This document shows positions 1 through 12,800 of a stretch of DNA of 64,000 nt, piece after piece (the first letter of the stretch is position 1; the number at the start of each line of letters is the position of its first letter). The DNA comes from Camelus dromedarius. Lineage: Eukaryota. Where the stretch lies: the NCBI RefSeq assembly GCF_036321535.1, contig NC_087436.1, forward strand, positions 75,704,001 to 75,768,000. The letters run 5' to 3'. A program made the translations under genes and the position numbers. A model generated the notes under the pieces. The model did no database searches. It was not told the origin of the DNA and saw only the letters and a list, made by a program, of their open reading frames with translations.

Positions 1-219
1 GAATTAGGAGACTGGGAGGGTAAGGATGGCAGAGGAGACACACAACTGCGTCTGTTTCCTCCATGAAATGAGAAGCCAAGCATTAGCTGGAAGTGAGGAG
101 CAGTGAGGTTTGAGAAGAGAGGAGGAAGGCAAGCAGAGGCATCTCGGAGAGTGGGAAGCAGGTAGGCCAGAGAGTCACAGACGAGAGACCAGGCAGCGCC
201 CAGAGCCCAGCTGAGCTGT

Positions 220-990
220 TTTTAAATTACTGATGATTGATGTAAGATATAGAGCACACATTTAAAGTCGATACAGTCTGATCGTTTTTTTTTTAACATT
301 TTGTATTGATTTTTATAATCATTTTACAATGTTGTGTCAAATTCCAGTGTTCAGCATGATCAGTTTTGACAGATGCATACACTTGTGTAACGTCACCACA
401 GTTAAGACAGTGAATGTATCCATTTCCTTCAGAAGTTTCCTCACGACCCTTTGCTGTATACCTGCCTCCCACCCATCCCGACCCACGCCTTCTCCAGGGT
501 GTCCTCTGATCTTTCTGTCACTGCAGATTAGTTAGCATTTTCTAGTAATGTATATAAGCGGCCCCCACCATACAGTATGCATTCTTTTTCATTGACTTCT
601 TTTGCTCAACATGGTTATCTTGACTCCTTCATGTTGTGTGTTATGTGTATCCATAGTTTTTTCCTGTTATTGCTGAGTTTATCCCATGGTGGGGACATGC
701 TACAGGTTGTTTAGCAAATTGATCAGTTGATGGACATTTGGGTTCTTTCCAGTTTGGGCTGGTAAATAAAGCTGCTATGAACATGCATAGTCAAGTCTTT
801 ATCCTGACATGTGCTTTCTGTGTTCTTGTGGAAATACCTAGGAAAGAAGTGGCTGGATCGTAGAGTAGATGTACATTTAACTTCTTAAGAAACTGCAACA
901 CTGTTTTCCAAAGTGTTTGTAAATGTGTAACTGGGTGTTTCCATTCCCACCATGAGTGTGTCCGTGTCCCAGGTTCTCTGCATCCTGGTA
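220..990 (-). mobile_element. Old L1 (L1M-type) 3' fragment with a nested short L1 tail at 285-356
   Basis: Typical antisense L1 3' motifs: gatggacatttgggtt..ttccagttt, aataaagctgctatgaaca, ctgttttccaaagtg. Confidence 0.75.
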
Positions 991-2528
991 AACGTGGCCA
1001 GGGAGGGCCTGGTGTGGTTGAAGAATTAATGAGCGGGAGTAAAAGAAGAGGTGAACTGGAAAGGTAGGAGATGGTGCTTAGAGAGTGAAGTGTATGAAAA
1101 TGAATTTTTTTGGAGGTGGCACCTAGTCAGACAGAGAAGTGGGGGGCAGAGCACACTCTTTGGAGGTGAAGATGTCAAGGAACTGAGAGTCTGGGTTTTA
1201 GATGGTTCATCCATGCAGATGGCAGGAGCCATGCTTGAGAGCGTAGTCAGCCAAAGGTGAGAGGGACGGTGACACAGGACAGTGGTAGTTGCCTGCTAAG
1301 GAAGAACAGGAGGCAGATAGTCTGAAGAGATATTCTGGGGAATTTTATTCATGTAATAGATTTTTTAAATTATGAAATATTTTAAATATTCAGAGGACCA
1401 TATATAGTGGATATAGAAAACTTCAAGAAATAGAACATTACTTAATATGAATTATAACTGCAGTGAGTTGGGCATCCCTCGGGCTGTGATCCTGGTGATA
1501 AAGTGCGTCATAATAGCTACCAGTGTTACTAGTGACCGTGTGTGGGGTGCGGACTAGGTGGTGGGCTCTGTGCTAATAAGCTCCTAACATTTGATTCTCA
1601 TTACAGTGATTCCCCACAAGACTGGTACTGTTGTCTCCATTTTATAACTAATGAAACTGGGGTCAAGGGGAAAAAAGAAGTAGAACATTGCCAGTATCTT
1701 TTAAATACCCTCGGTGCCCCTTTCACCGCACTCCCCCCAGCTGCCCACTAGCCTGATACTTCTTTTCATCATCCCTTGTTTTGGTTTATGGTTCAGCTCA
1801 TATTTACTTCTACATGGTTTTGCATGTTTCTGAACTTTATATAAAAATTCCTCACTGCGTGAATTCTCTCTGCAGCTTTTCTTTTTCCTCAGTGAATCAT
1901 TTGTTGATTCACAAGTGAAATCAACACTCCTGTTGACTCATGTGTCTGCAGGTTGTTTTTCACTGCATTAAGGGAGTCTTCACAGGAGACGTCATAGGCC
2001 TAGCCCACAATGTGTTTGACCACTGTATTTAGCTTGCAATCCCAGACTCTCTCTATTACAAAGAACACTATATGTGCCGCTTAGTTACATGTGTGAGAGG
2101 AGTTCCTCCAGGGCAGATGCTGGATTTTTTTTTTTTTTAAGAGGAGAGGAACAATGGTTGAAATGGCAAAAGGGAGTGAAAAAGACATTAACCCCCTCTT
2201 CAGTCCCAGTGCTGTAAGTGTGGGCGTCTGCAGGGAGGAGAGTATTGTTGAGTATCCGGAGGCCTCAGGGTTGGATGTCCTTGCCTTACATCAGGGAGGT
2301 CCTTACTGGCAGATTCCCCATTATTCCCAGGGTAACTTTCCCCTCTTGGGCCTAACTTTGCTTTTGATCATCTCCGTATGTTTTAATATGGTTCCATATG
2401 GAGGCAATAGAACTACAACACAAAAAATAATCAAAGACTGAGTCAGGAAATTCAGACTTCATTCAAAGAATTGTGTTTCCTATTATGCCTGTTTTTGTGA
2501 GGTTGGTCATACATTATAACCTTATAAA

Positions 2529-2556
2529 TCATCATCATCATCATCATCGTCATCAT
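2529..2556. repeat. (CAT)n microsatellite
   Basis: tcatcatcatcatcatcatcgtcatcat. Confidence 0.85.
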
Positions 2557-3569
2557 CTCAAATCCATTATTCATTCTCTTTAGTCAATGAGTATGTATCG
2601 AGTGTCTTATGGCCTGGCCCTCTGTGGATGCTGGTGATACCAACATCAACAGGGAAAACCTACTTCCCTGAGTCAGATACATGAACTCTTGGTACAATCG
2701 ATGGTCCTTTGGAAGCTGTTGAAGCGGGGTCAGCCCTGGTTTGTGGGCGTTTCTCCTGCACCCCAAGTTCCTCCTACACCTTAACCCTCTCAAAACCGCC
2801 CCCTTCACTTAAAAATAAGGAGTGGTCAGGTGGACTCAACAGGGAGAGTAAAGCATTGAAATGATCACTTGTGTGTTATTCTTTGCCAAATGTGTGTGCT
2901 GGGAGCTTGGCTAGCATCAAAGGCACAGTGGTGAGCAGACAGATCTAGACTGTGGCTCTGTGGAACCCATAATAGGGGAAGCAGACTCGCATCACACATT
3001 TAAATAGAATAGCAAACCACAATAAGGACTACGAAAGAAAGGTGCACAGTGTAATGAGAACAAATTATGAGGGATCTGACCCAGCCTGGAAGGGAAGAGG
3101 AAGAAGGTAAGCTTCCAGAGAAAGTGGCATTTGAGTCAAGACCTGAGAAATAGGTAAGAGTTATTACTTACTTTTCACAAAGCCAAGGATGGTGGCAGAG
3201 GAGGAGGGAGTGTTCCAGCAGAATCTCCAACAAGGTCAAAGTCAGGAAACTGTAAATTCATTACCACTAATCTCAAATCCGTCCCCAGGGCTTTTCAGAA
3301 TGAAAAGGCCAGGAAAAGCAAAGAGTGTTGAAGAGTCTAAAGGTGAATTAGATTATTCTCTCTCAAAAGGGCAGATTAACCTCATAAGGACCTGAACTAA
3401 ATAAAGTTTCTCCCCTGCACACATCTCTTTCATATTTTTTAGTAAATATTTAGCCCGTACAACAGAGTGCTGTTCACCATCCTGAGAAGGGTGGGAATGG
3501 GAGGGCAGCACAAATGGCAGATATGAAGCCCACCCTGCTCTCAAGGGCTTTCGTTTTTCCCACATTTAG

Positions 3570-3736
3570 ATTCCTGATACCCATAGCATTCCAGCAGACC
3601 AACCGCCCTGTACCAGTGGTGTATTCGCTCAATACTGAATTTCAGCTCTGCAACAATGAGAAGGTGTTCCTGATGGACCCCAACACGTCGGATATGTCAC
3701 TGGCAGAAATGGATTACAAAGGGGCCTTCTCAAAAG
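3570..3736 (+). CDS. FRAS1: FRAS1 coding exon (4th from last)
   Basis: Acceptor tttag| and donor AAAG|gtaagt. Translates (R)FLIPIAFQQTNRPVPVVYSLNTEFQLCNNEKVFLMDPNTSDMSLAEMDYKGAFSK(G). Phase is compatible with the next exon. Confidence 0.93.
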
Positions 3737-5274
3737 GTAAGTCATTCCTGCACCTGTGGAAGGCGACCCTGCGGGACTTGAGAAGCTTTCTGGTAGGTCC
3801 CTGGACTAGCTTTTCTGCTCACTGGCTTTCAGTCACCTCTCCAGGGCAGATTCCCTTGAGGTTGGTTCCAGGGCAGCCAAGGATGAGTCAAGGAACAGAC
3901 CCATGTTCTTCCTTCCAGTTGTTTCAAAATAATATCTCGTTCGTCTGCTGCAGGCTGGGTTTATCCTACCACGGCTCAGAATTCTTTCTTGTCGATATGC
4001 CAAACCCATGGATTCTGACATTTTTTTCCTGTTTGTTTTCCTCTGCACCAGCCTCACCTGACACCATCTTGCCTCTCTGACCAGGTCTCCCTCTCCTGCC
4101 CTGGGTCTCCGTCCTCTGCCCTGTCCATGTTGTCCCTACGTTCCATGCCTGGCCCCTCCTGTTCTCACTTCAGTGCTACACTGGTCACCCCCATGGCTTG
4201 GCTCAGCCCTTTACTCTAAACTCCCTGTCTTCCTCCTACTGCAGACCCGTTCCATAAAAATTAACCTCTTCTCACCCCGGAGCTCTCCTGAGCTTCATTT
4301 CCACACTTCCACATGCGGATCTGGAACTGCCAAACCTCTCCAAGTGGATGTGTTCCGGACACCTGGAGACTTCTAGAACTGGACTTATCTCCCTACAAAC
4401 ATGCTCCTTTCACCTCTGCCGCCCCACTGCCTGCATCACCAAGATCCAGGGTCCCAGCCAAAGACCTCAGGGCTATCGTCTACTTCTTCGCCTACCATCG
4501 CCTACCTGTTATTAAGATGAATGGAATCCAATTCCTAGACGTGTCTTGAATTCATCCCCTTGACTCACTGCTATCATTTGGATACGTATTTCTTGAAAGA
4601 GCATTAAAATAGCTCCCTACCTGTGACTCTGGTCTTTGTCTTTACTCCATGCTTCTAAAGCCCTGGTGTGTTGATACTACGCCGGTGTTTAAAACCTTCC
4701 AGTGTTCCCTGTTATCCCCATACTCAATCCAGAATCCTCAGCACCACTGATCAGTCTTCCCAGGAGTCTCTCCTGCCAGAGCCCCAAACATCCTCTGCTC
4801 CAATCACACTGGCCTCCTCAGTGCTATAGAAAATGCTCTGAATGAGCATTTGGAGTCAGATGGATTTGTGCTCAAAGCCTCCTCCCCGTGTGTCACAGAC
4901 AGGAAACTTTGGACAAGTTCTTTAAAATAGGGGTAATAACTGAACCCATCTCTTGGGCTCTTGGGAGGATTAAGACACCACAGGTAAAGAACCCGATGCC
5001 CCAGCAGGCACTGAGGAGCAGCAGCTGCCCCAGGACTGGTGCCCTCCCAGCTGTCCATATTTTGTACACAGACTTGCTTTTGCCTAGCATGCTCTCCCCA
5101 GCCTCTCCCTCCCACCTCAAGGCTCTACCTGACAGATGCCTACTCATGTTTCAGGATACTGCTCAAATGTCATCTCCTCTGAACCTTTCCATACCTCTCT
5201 CCAGGCAGATCTGTGTGCTCAGCCTGATGCTTATATAATGTAATGTACCTTCCTCTGTTGTGATTCATAACAGC

Positions 5275-5480
5275 AGAGTGTTGTGGTGGTTAATAGTGTG
5301 GTTTTTAGAGCCAAAGTACCTTGACTTGGAGTCCCACCCTCACCACTTGCTAGCTTTGTGACCTTCAGCAAATCGCTTAACCACTCAACTTCCTCATGTC
5401 TAAAATTGTGAGCACTTGGGGAGAACTTAGCACAGCACCAAGTGATAGCATGAGTTCCACAAATGTGAGCTATTTTTAGC
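5275..5480 (+). mobile_element. MIR SINE
   Basis: Core motif ccacttgctagctttgtgaccttcagcaaatcgcttaacc, followed by acttagcacagcacc. Confidence 0.7.
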
Positions 5481-5738
5481 AATTGCTTTGCTTTTATTTC
5501 TACCCTCTCGGCTGCGTCTCACTCAGAGGACCCTAAATACTTCAGTGAATGCTTACTGATTAAAAGAAGCACTAAATCAATGAATGTATATTTTAGGGGC
5601 ACGGGGACCACACAGCTCTTCATAGAAAGGTACTTTTGACTGTCAGGAAGCATGTTAAATCCTTTCTATCCTTGACACTTTTTTTTCCCCTCTTTAATCT
5701 GAAAGTCTGACCTAATTAATGCTTCGCAATCTTTTCAG

Positions 5739-5944
5739 GTCAAATCCTTTATGGCCGAGTACTTTGGAATCCGGAACAAAACCTTAATTCTGCCTACAAA
5801 CTCCAGCTGGAGAAAGTCTACCTTTGTACCGGCAAGGATGGCTACGTGCCTTTCTTTGATCCCACGGGGACAATCTACAATGAGGGGCCACAGTACGGAT
5901 GCATTCAGCCCAACAGACACCTAAAACACAGATTCCTGCTGCTG
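5739..5944 (+). CDS. FRAS1: FRAS1 coding exon (3rd from last)
   Basis: Acceptor cttttcag| and donor CTG|gtacgc, 206 bp. Translates (G)QILYGRVLWNPEQNLNSAYKLQLEKVYLCTGKDGYVPFFDPTGTIYNEGPQYGCIQPNRHLKHRFLLL. Read by hand; absent from the ORF track. Confidence 0.94.
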
Positions 5945-6167
5945 GTACGCTAACCATCAGGGCTAAAGGGCAGCCACACCAGGAGATTCCCTCCCTCAGC
6001 TCTGACTTCTGCCTCAAGCAGACAGAACTGCACTCCTGATGCTTTTCTACAGATTCTGTTGTTGTTGTTTGTATCAACTTAATGCCAGTATGTACCACCA
6101 ACCGTGATGGTTATGGTGGTTGGCAAGACAAGCTGCTGTGATGTTCCAGGAAGGGGAAATTCTAAGC

Positions 6168-6848
6168 CAGTGTTTCTCAAAGTGTGGCCCAGAGACCCCT
6201 GAATATCCCCAGTATTCTTTCAGGGAGTCCACAGGGTTAAAACTACTTTCATAATATGACGATCTTGCCTTTTTCCTACTCATTCCCTCGTGAGTGCAGT
6301 GAGTATGAAGGTTGATTGATATGGATTCAGCCTCCATATGGTGCCTAATCTTTAAAAACTCAGTGATTTTTGATTTAGTATCAAAAAAGAATCTTCACAG
6401 TTGTCTGAAAAAGTTATTCAAACATGTCTCCCTCTTCCAGCTACACAGCTGTGTGAGGCCAGATTTTCGTCATATACTTCAGTCAAAACAGCATCTCACA
6501 ACTGATTGAATGCAGAAGCAGTTATGAGAAGCTAGTTCTTTTCCCAGAGATTTGCAAAAACGTAAAACAATGCTAGCTCTCTTGGGGAGGTGGGTGTGAA
6601 TATAGGCATTTTCACTAACAAATACGCTACTTATGTTAACATGTAATGAGTTTCTCACTTTTATTTTAAAATGAAGTAGTAAATACGTAACTTTTTCATT
6701 TAAAAATCGTTAACTGTACTACAATTACAGTGTTAATTTTAATACAGTAAATATTGAAAGATATAAACCACATAAAACAAAAGCTTTGTGGGTCCTTGAT
6801 TTTTCTGTGTGTAAAGGGTCCTGAGACCAAATAGCCTGAGCATTTTTG
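6168..6848. mobile_element. hAT-Charlie-type DNA transposon remnant
   Basis: Begins with the Charlie terminus cagtgtttctcaaagtgtgg and ends gggtcctgagaccaaatagcctgagcatttttg, a degenerate inverted terminus. Confidence 0.65.
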
Positions 6849-7090
6849 GTCTGGGTTATCTTACTTGTTGTATTTTGAGATCACAGAGGCCACCAAGTGT
6901 CATCCCTTGAAGAGGGCAGTAAGTGCTCAGAGGTAGCGGTCAACTTAAGAGAGGGCTTCTGCAGCACACACTCTCCCAACCCAACCCAACAGAGGAGTGC
7001 ACAGAACCTTTCTCCTCCCAGTGACCACCACCTGCCGGTTCAGTGGTTCCATCTTTCCAAATCTTGTGTTTCTTTGTTCTGAAATCCTAG

Positions 7091-7237
7091 GACCGCAGTC
7101 AGCCAGAGGTAACTGACAAATACTTCCATGATGTGCCCTTTGAGGCCCACTTTGCTTCTGAGTTGCCTGATTTCCACGTGGTCAGTAGCATGCCAGGTGT
7201 GGATGGATTTACTCTGAAGGTAGACGCACTCTATAAG
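7091..7237 (+). CDS. FRAS1: FRAS1 penultimate coding exon
   Basis: Acceptor cctag| and donor AAG|gtgagt, 147 bp, phase 0-0. Translates DRSQPEVTDKYFHDVPFEAHFASELPDFHVVSSMPGVDGFTLKVDALYK. Confidence 0.94.
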
Positions 7238-8434
7238 GTGAGTGTGGCAACAAGAACAGAAGCACAGGACTAAAGTCACTTTAAAGGTTGCAAAGAGGAG
7301 GATGACATCATCTCTGCCATGTCAGTTTCTGTCTGTAGCATTCTTTCTGGCAGGTCTTTTTTATGGTTGCTAAGCTTATCATTCACCCAAAACTTTCTCC
7401 ATCTGCCCCCAGGAGGCGAAAACAGTAATACAACTCTCTAATTTGGCTACAGTCACTTGCCATTGTGCACATCAGGAGGGCACGTGATGCTCTACTTTTT
7501 CCTAAGTTCTTTTGTATTGCCTGCCTTTTGGCTTCATGCAGCACCAGTTGGTTTTCACAGGCATGTGGAAACAGTTAATACAATCATAAATACAATTCAG
7601 TAATACAGAATGGCAAGAATAACTAGTATTTGATAAGCAAAAATGCTCTAAGTCCCAGTAATAACCATGAACTTCCAAGATCAAATTCCACTTTTTTCTC
7701 CAAATAGTAAGTAATCCATGGCCTTGGGTTTCAGAACTATTATTACTCTTCAGAAGTTATTTCAAAATCATAGAGGGTTTCAATAGGGGGCAGATGAGAG
7801 GGAAATAAAACACTTGATGACGTAACTGCTCAAGAGATGATCCAAGAAGTGTTCAGATTTAGCAAAATTTTCGTCAGGTACCCGTGTATTATGCACGGAG
7901 TAGGTATTTAGTGAATATTTTTTGAATGACTCTATTTTAGCTAAAGTTCATAATAAATAGTAAATTAGCATAAAAACCAGTTGAGGGTCACTGGGAATAA
8001 ATGTGGTTATTAATCCTGTTACTCCACTGTTGTCAATAAAGACCAACAAATCATAAGCACTCACTTAGCTAAAGAACCCTGAAAGGTAAATTTTTAGTGC
8101 TATTATGTGTACAGATAGGGAAACAAAAAAATGTGAATAGCTGACCCAAGATCACCTTCATTTGGAAATAAAATAGAACCCACAATATTTGGCTCAGGTC
8201 TCTATACATAGAAACCAACCATTGCTAATGCTTTTCTTTTTTTTCCTTTTTTTTTTTTTTTTGTTTTAATTCATCAGAATCTTTATTCTACTACAGTTAC
8301 ATCGGCATATTTACTAATCCTTAAATAAACCAGGCATAGTCTTACTTCAACATTTTTTTAAAGTATGCCTGTTATGGTCTGATTTATTCCATGACTTTAA
8401 AAGCAAAGGATTCTTTAGTAGATCAATTTCCTCT

Positions 8435-9065
8435 CTTTTTGTTTAATTGAAATATATTTGACATACAGTAGTATGTTAGTTTCTGATGTCCTACACAGTG
8501 ATTTGACTTTTGCATACGTTATAAAATGATCAACATAAGTCTAGTAACCATCTGTCCCCATACAACATTATTACAACATTATGGCCATATTTCTTTTACT
8601 GTATATTACATCCCATGGCTTATTTATTTTTCAACTAGAGGTTTGTACCTCTTAAACCCCTTTACCTATTTCACCCTCCCTCTAGCATCCACCCATTTGT
8701 TTTGTGTATCTATGAGTGTTTACATTTTGTTTTGTTTGTTTTGTTTTTCAGATTCCACATATAAGTGAAATCATATGGTATTCGTTTTTCTCTGTTCGAC
8801 TTATTTCACTTAGCATAATACCCGCCAGGTCCATCCATTTTGTCATAAATGACAAGATTCTTTTTAATGTCTGAGTAACTATATCCATTAAACTTCTGTT
8901 CTGTCTTGTAAATCCTTGTGCACTCTGACTTCCAGATTTAATTTGTTGACTTTGCATATATATATGTATATGTATATATATCACAACTTCTTTATCCATT
9001 CATCTATTGATGGACACTTGGGTTGGTTTCATATCTTGACAATTGTAAATAATGCTGCAGTCAGC
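8435..9065 (-). mobile_element. L1 3' end fragment
   Basis: Contains gattccacatataagtgaaatcatatggtatt and ttatttcacttagcataata. The minus-strand ORF has the L1 motif SFMTKWMDLAGIMLSEIS. Confidence 0.85.
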
Positions 9066-9212
9066 ATTGTTGTGGTTAATTAATGCTTTTCTTGAAATCC
9101 GTTATCTATCCCGGCTTCTGGTGGGCAGTTGCCTTTCCATCCCTCTCCTCAGCGGTGGTCTGCAGGCAGCAGTGACGTGTTCGATTTGTCTCCCTGTCTC
9201 CTCCTCCTGCAG

Positions 9213-9806
9213 GTGGAAGCAGGACACCAGTGGTACCTGCAGGTGATCTACGTCATCGGCCCAGACACCATCTCGGGTCCCAGGGTCCAGCGCTCTCTCA
9301 CAGCCCCTCTGAGGCGCAACCGAAGGGACCTGGTGGACCCCAGTGGCTGGCTGTCCCTTGACGACTCCCTCATCTATGACAACGAAGGGGACCAAGTCAA
9401 GAATGGCACCAATATGAAGTCCCTGACCCTGGAGATGCAAGAGCCAGTTGTCGCAGCTTCTCTCTCCCAAACCGGGGCATCCATCGGCAGCGCCTTTGCC
9501 GCTGTCATGCTCCTGCTTCTGGTGTTCTTGGTGGCTTGTTTCATCACCAGGAAATGCCAGAAACAGAGGAAGACGCCACCCACAGAGGACATTCTGGAGG
9601 AATACCCTCTGAATACCAAGGTGGATGTGCCCAAGAGGGGCCTGGACAGGGTGGAGAAGAACGTGAACAGGCAGTACTGCACTGTGCGGGACGTCAACAT
9701 CCTGAGTGAAACCCAGGCAGCATACGCGTTCAAAGGTGCTAAAGTCAAAAAATTGAATCTGGAAGTCAGAGTGCACAACAATTTACAAGACGGAACAGAA
9801 GTTTAA
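9213..9806 (+). CDS. FRAS1: FRAS1 terminal coding exon (furin-type site, transmembrane helix, cytoplasmic tail with PDZ-binding end)
   Basis: Polypyrimidine tract and ctgcag|, then VEAGHQWYLQVIY...RRNRR...SIGSAFAAVMLLLLVFLVACFI (hydrophobic)...NNLQDGTEV*. Matches the FRAS1 C-terminus as I recall it. Confidence 0.96.
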   Translation: MEAGHQWYLQVIYVIGPDTISGPRVQRSLTAPLRRNRRDLVDPSGWLSLDDSLIYDNEGDQVKNGTNMKSLTLEMQEPVVAASLSQTGASIGSAFAAVMLLLLVFLVACFITRKCQKQRKTPPTEDILEEYPLNTKVDVPKRGLDRVEKNVNRQYCTVRDVNILSETQAAYAFKGAKVKKLNLEVRVHNNLQDGTEV

Positions 9807-12800
9807 TGGAGGAGACCCACGTGTATTTTTTTTCCTAAAATCATTTTTATACAACAGGGGAAAATACTGGTATTTTTCTAATCTTGCAGAGTCAAAAGGG
9901 AAAATTATAGCTTTGAGTGGCGGAAGGCACACATCCCACCCATCAACTCACAACTGAGCTACCTCACGAAACAAAGAACCACTGAGACCCCAGCGCATAG
10001 AAGCGGCCCTTTCTGGGGATCCCGTTAAATGTCTCAACAGCGACAGATTGTTCCCACCAGAAGGCCGATCTTAGAAAGCCAGAGTTCTGTAAGAGGACAG
10101 GAGTTAGACAGGTCAACGGGTGGTGCTCAGAGGACTGGGGGATGGACTGTGCAGTCCCAGAAAGGGAGAGCGGGGTGCAGGGCCTTTGGTTTCTTCTCCC
10201 ACCTCCAGCTCCCCTCTGCTCGGACTTTTCCTGGGCCTCTGGACAGCAGCGTTGTGGTTGCTGACACCCAGATTCCACTCAGAACTCTGCTAATCAGCAT
10301 ATTTTGCTTTGCTGTTTGCTCATTGTGTCCACTTGACAACCTGCACTCCACGGCCTCTAACTGCACTTTGCCTCACCAGCCCTTTCCCACCTGGGGTTTC
10401 AAAGTGCCCTAGATGAGAGCATTTCTCTGCAACTCATGGGAGAAACCCCAGCCTCTCCCATCAGAGATCAGGCACAGAGGAACCGCCTTTACAGACCGGG
10501 CACTGAAAGCAGGGGAACGGAGGGGCCTGGTGGGCAGCTCCAAGCACATCAGTGAAGCACCACACCCTAGGTCTGGGGGGATGTCCTTGTGCCTCGCTGG
10601 TTTCCACAGCACCGAGGACCCATTCAGGCATCCTCCCTGATGAAGGATGCTGTGAAGCAAGATCACTGCACCATGGCCTTTTCATTCAGCATAGCCGTGG
10701 GTGCTTAAAATACCCACCACAGTTCATACTACCCCAGGCTTTGCCCGGTCCAATAATAGACAAGCCATGTGCTTTTTGCTAGCTGTGGGGTTTTTATTTT
10801 GTTTGGGTTTCAGAAAAGTCAGTGATTCATTTGAATAAAGCAAATTAGGAGAAAGCTCAGAGCAGAGAGAAATCAGAATTAACAGATGCCAACTAGTACT
10901 CACAGTGGATAAATTACTAGTACTCACAGCAGATAAAGGCACCGTTCCTGGTACAGGATTTCTTGGATTTCTCTTTTGGGGGGTTCTTTTTTGGTAGCTC
11001 AGGCACTTATTTTACCATATCAGCACATGACAAGGCCATGGACACATGGCCTTAAAATGATTTAGTGTTTAAATAGCAGCTTAATGATGTACGTAGTGTG
11101 CACACTGCTTGCTTTTGTGTTCCGTTTTGGTTTCTGCAGTACTGGCAAAAACATCAGCATGTCTTTCGTGCTGTTTTGAACTAGAGGCACAGTTCCCTTG
11201 TTCAGGAGTGAAAGACATGTCCTCCTCCTGATGCACGGCCACCGCCATCCCTGAGCACATCACAGAGCATTCACACTGTAATATTTGGGTTAGAAGGACC
11301 CAAGCTCTTTGTGAACATTCCACCCTGGAAACACTTTGGTACTAAAAGTTAGAGAGAGTGAACAGCGAGAGGCTTTAGGCAACTCTGCCAGACTCCAGGC
11401 TGCTTGAGAGAAGGACAGGTATGAGCCGTGCCTTCGGTTCCTCAGCAGTGCCTTGCCCGTAACAAGTAAAGCAGACGAATGAGTGGTGTCATGGGTGAAT
11501 GCTAGGGGAATGCACTTAGGGAGGGGAGGGGAGAGAGGCCGGTGGCAACATCACAAGGTCAAGTAGAGGGAATAAAATCCCAAAGTGTCTCTTCTACTTG
11601 GATTGTAAAATAATCTTCTCATTGGAACAAAGAAACACCACTTGACATGGGCCTGAACCTGGCTGTGGACTTGGGAGAACAGGTCAGAAAAGCTCTAATA
11701 ATGTATTAGCAGGAGGTGACACCACGAGTCCATCTCCAGAGCAGAACATTTAGAAGAAAGTCTGACTTCGCATTCCGAGATGAGCATAAAGTTTTCAGGA
11801 GAGGATGAGTTGGGGTGAGTGGGCCCAGAACCCGATTCTCCTAACTGGTCAGGTGCTACTTGAGACCAACTTGGCACTGGGGACCCAGACTTCTGTATGG
11901 GCCTCATGAACCTCCAGAATTGGTGTCTCATGACTGGAGAGCCCATCAGCCGTGCAGGGGACCTTCTCCAGCATGACCTAGAAGGTGAACGTGAAGTCTG
12001 CAATGACGGGAAGCCAAACACTAATGATGAAGCGTTTGATTTGGCCCGTTACGTACACCTGCTCCTGGGGGCCGGGATACTTGCACGTTACGGCAGCAGC
12101 TTTCCGCTTGCTCAGCCTCTCTGCCCAGCCCTTCCATGACTGCCGAACAGACGGGCGCAGACAAGTGGCAGGCAGAACGGAGCCAGCGCGCTCCCGGTAC
12201 CCTCCGTGGGATGCTCTGGAACAAGGGCAGCGTCTGTGGGGCCTGGAGCTAGTGAGTTACATGTGTGGAAGGGAAGCCCTTGGACTGTTCCCGCCTCCCC
12301 CCCCCCCCCTCCGCCCCCACAACACACACTTCATCCGATGCTGATATTTGTCTAGTGAACGCACACTCGTATCACGGAAAGTGTCCGGAGATGGAAAGCT
12401 GGGATTGGCTCCTTCGATACGGACTTTTTCATTTCGTTTCTGTTTTATACTTCATATGAGGAACCAGATAATTTGGTGACTGATGTGGGATTATATTTCA
12501 GTCCAGCCTTTCCTTTCAGTGTCTCTAACTCGCTCACTAATGCCTTGTGTGTGTTTTGCTAACCTTTTAGACCATGCCTTTAGGTGAGAAGGAACAGAAA
12601 ACCCTCGGGGGTTGCTATTTGCTCTCACACGCTGGCTGTGAAGATTAAAAGAAAGAAGAGTCTGCACCTTTGCCCTTTTACCGTACCCCAGGCGTCCTGG
12701 GGGACTCGCGCGGATTCTTACTGGTAGACGCAGAAAGAGCACCGGCTCGTGTTTGCACAGTCTTACGATATTCAGTCTCAGTGTCCTACAGGTATTCATT

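Noticed and set aside
3737..4080. Continuation of the 188-aa ORF beyond the FRAS1 exon
   Set aside because: It is read-through past a strong gtaagt donor; FRAS1 similarity resumes at 5739.
9102..9776. 224-aa minus-strand ORF (and the 135-aa ORF at 9374-9781)
   Set aside because: These are antisense shadows of the FRAS1 terminal exon, with no independent gene signals or recognisable protein.
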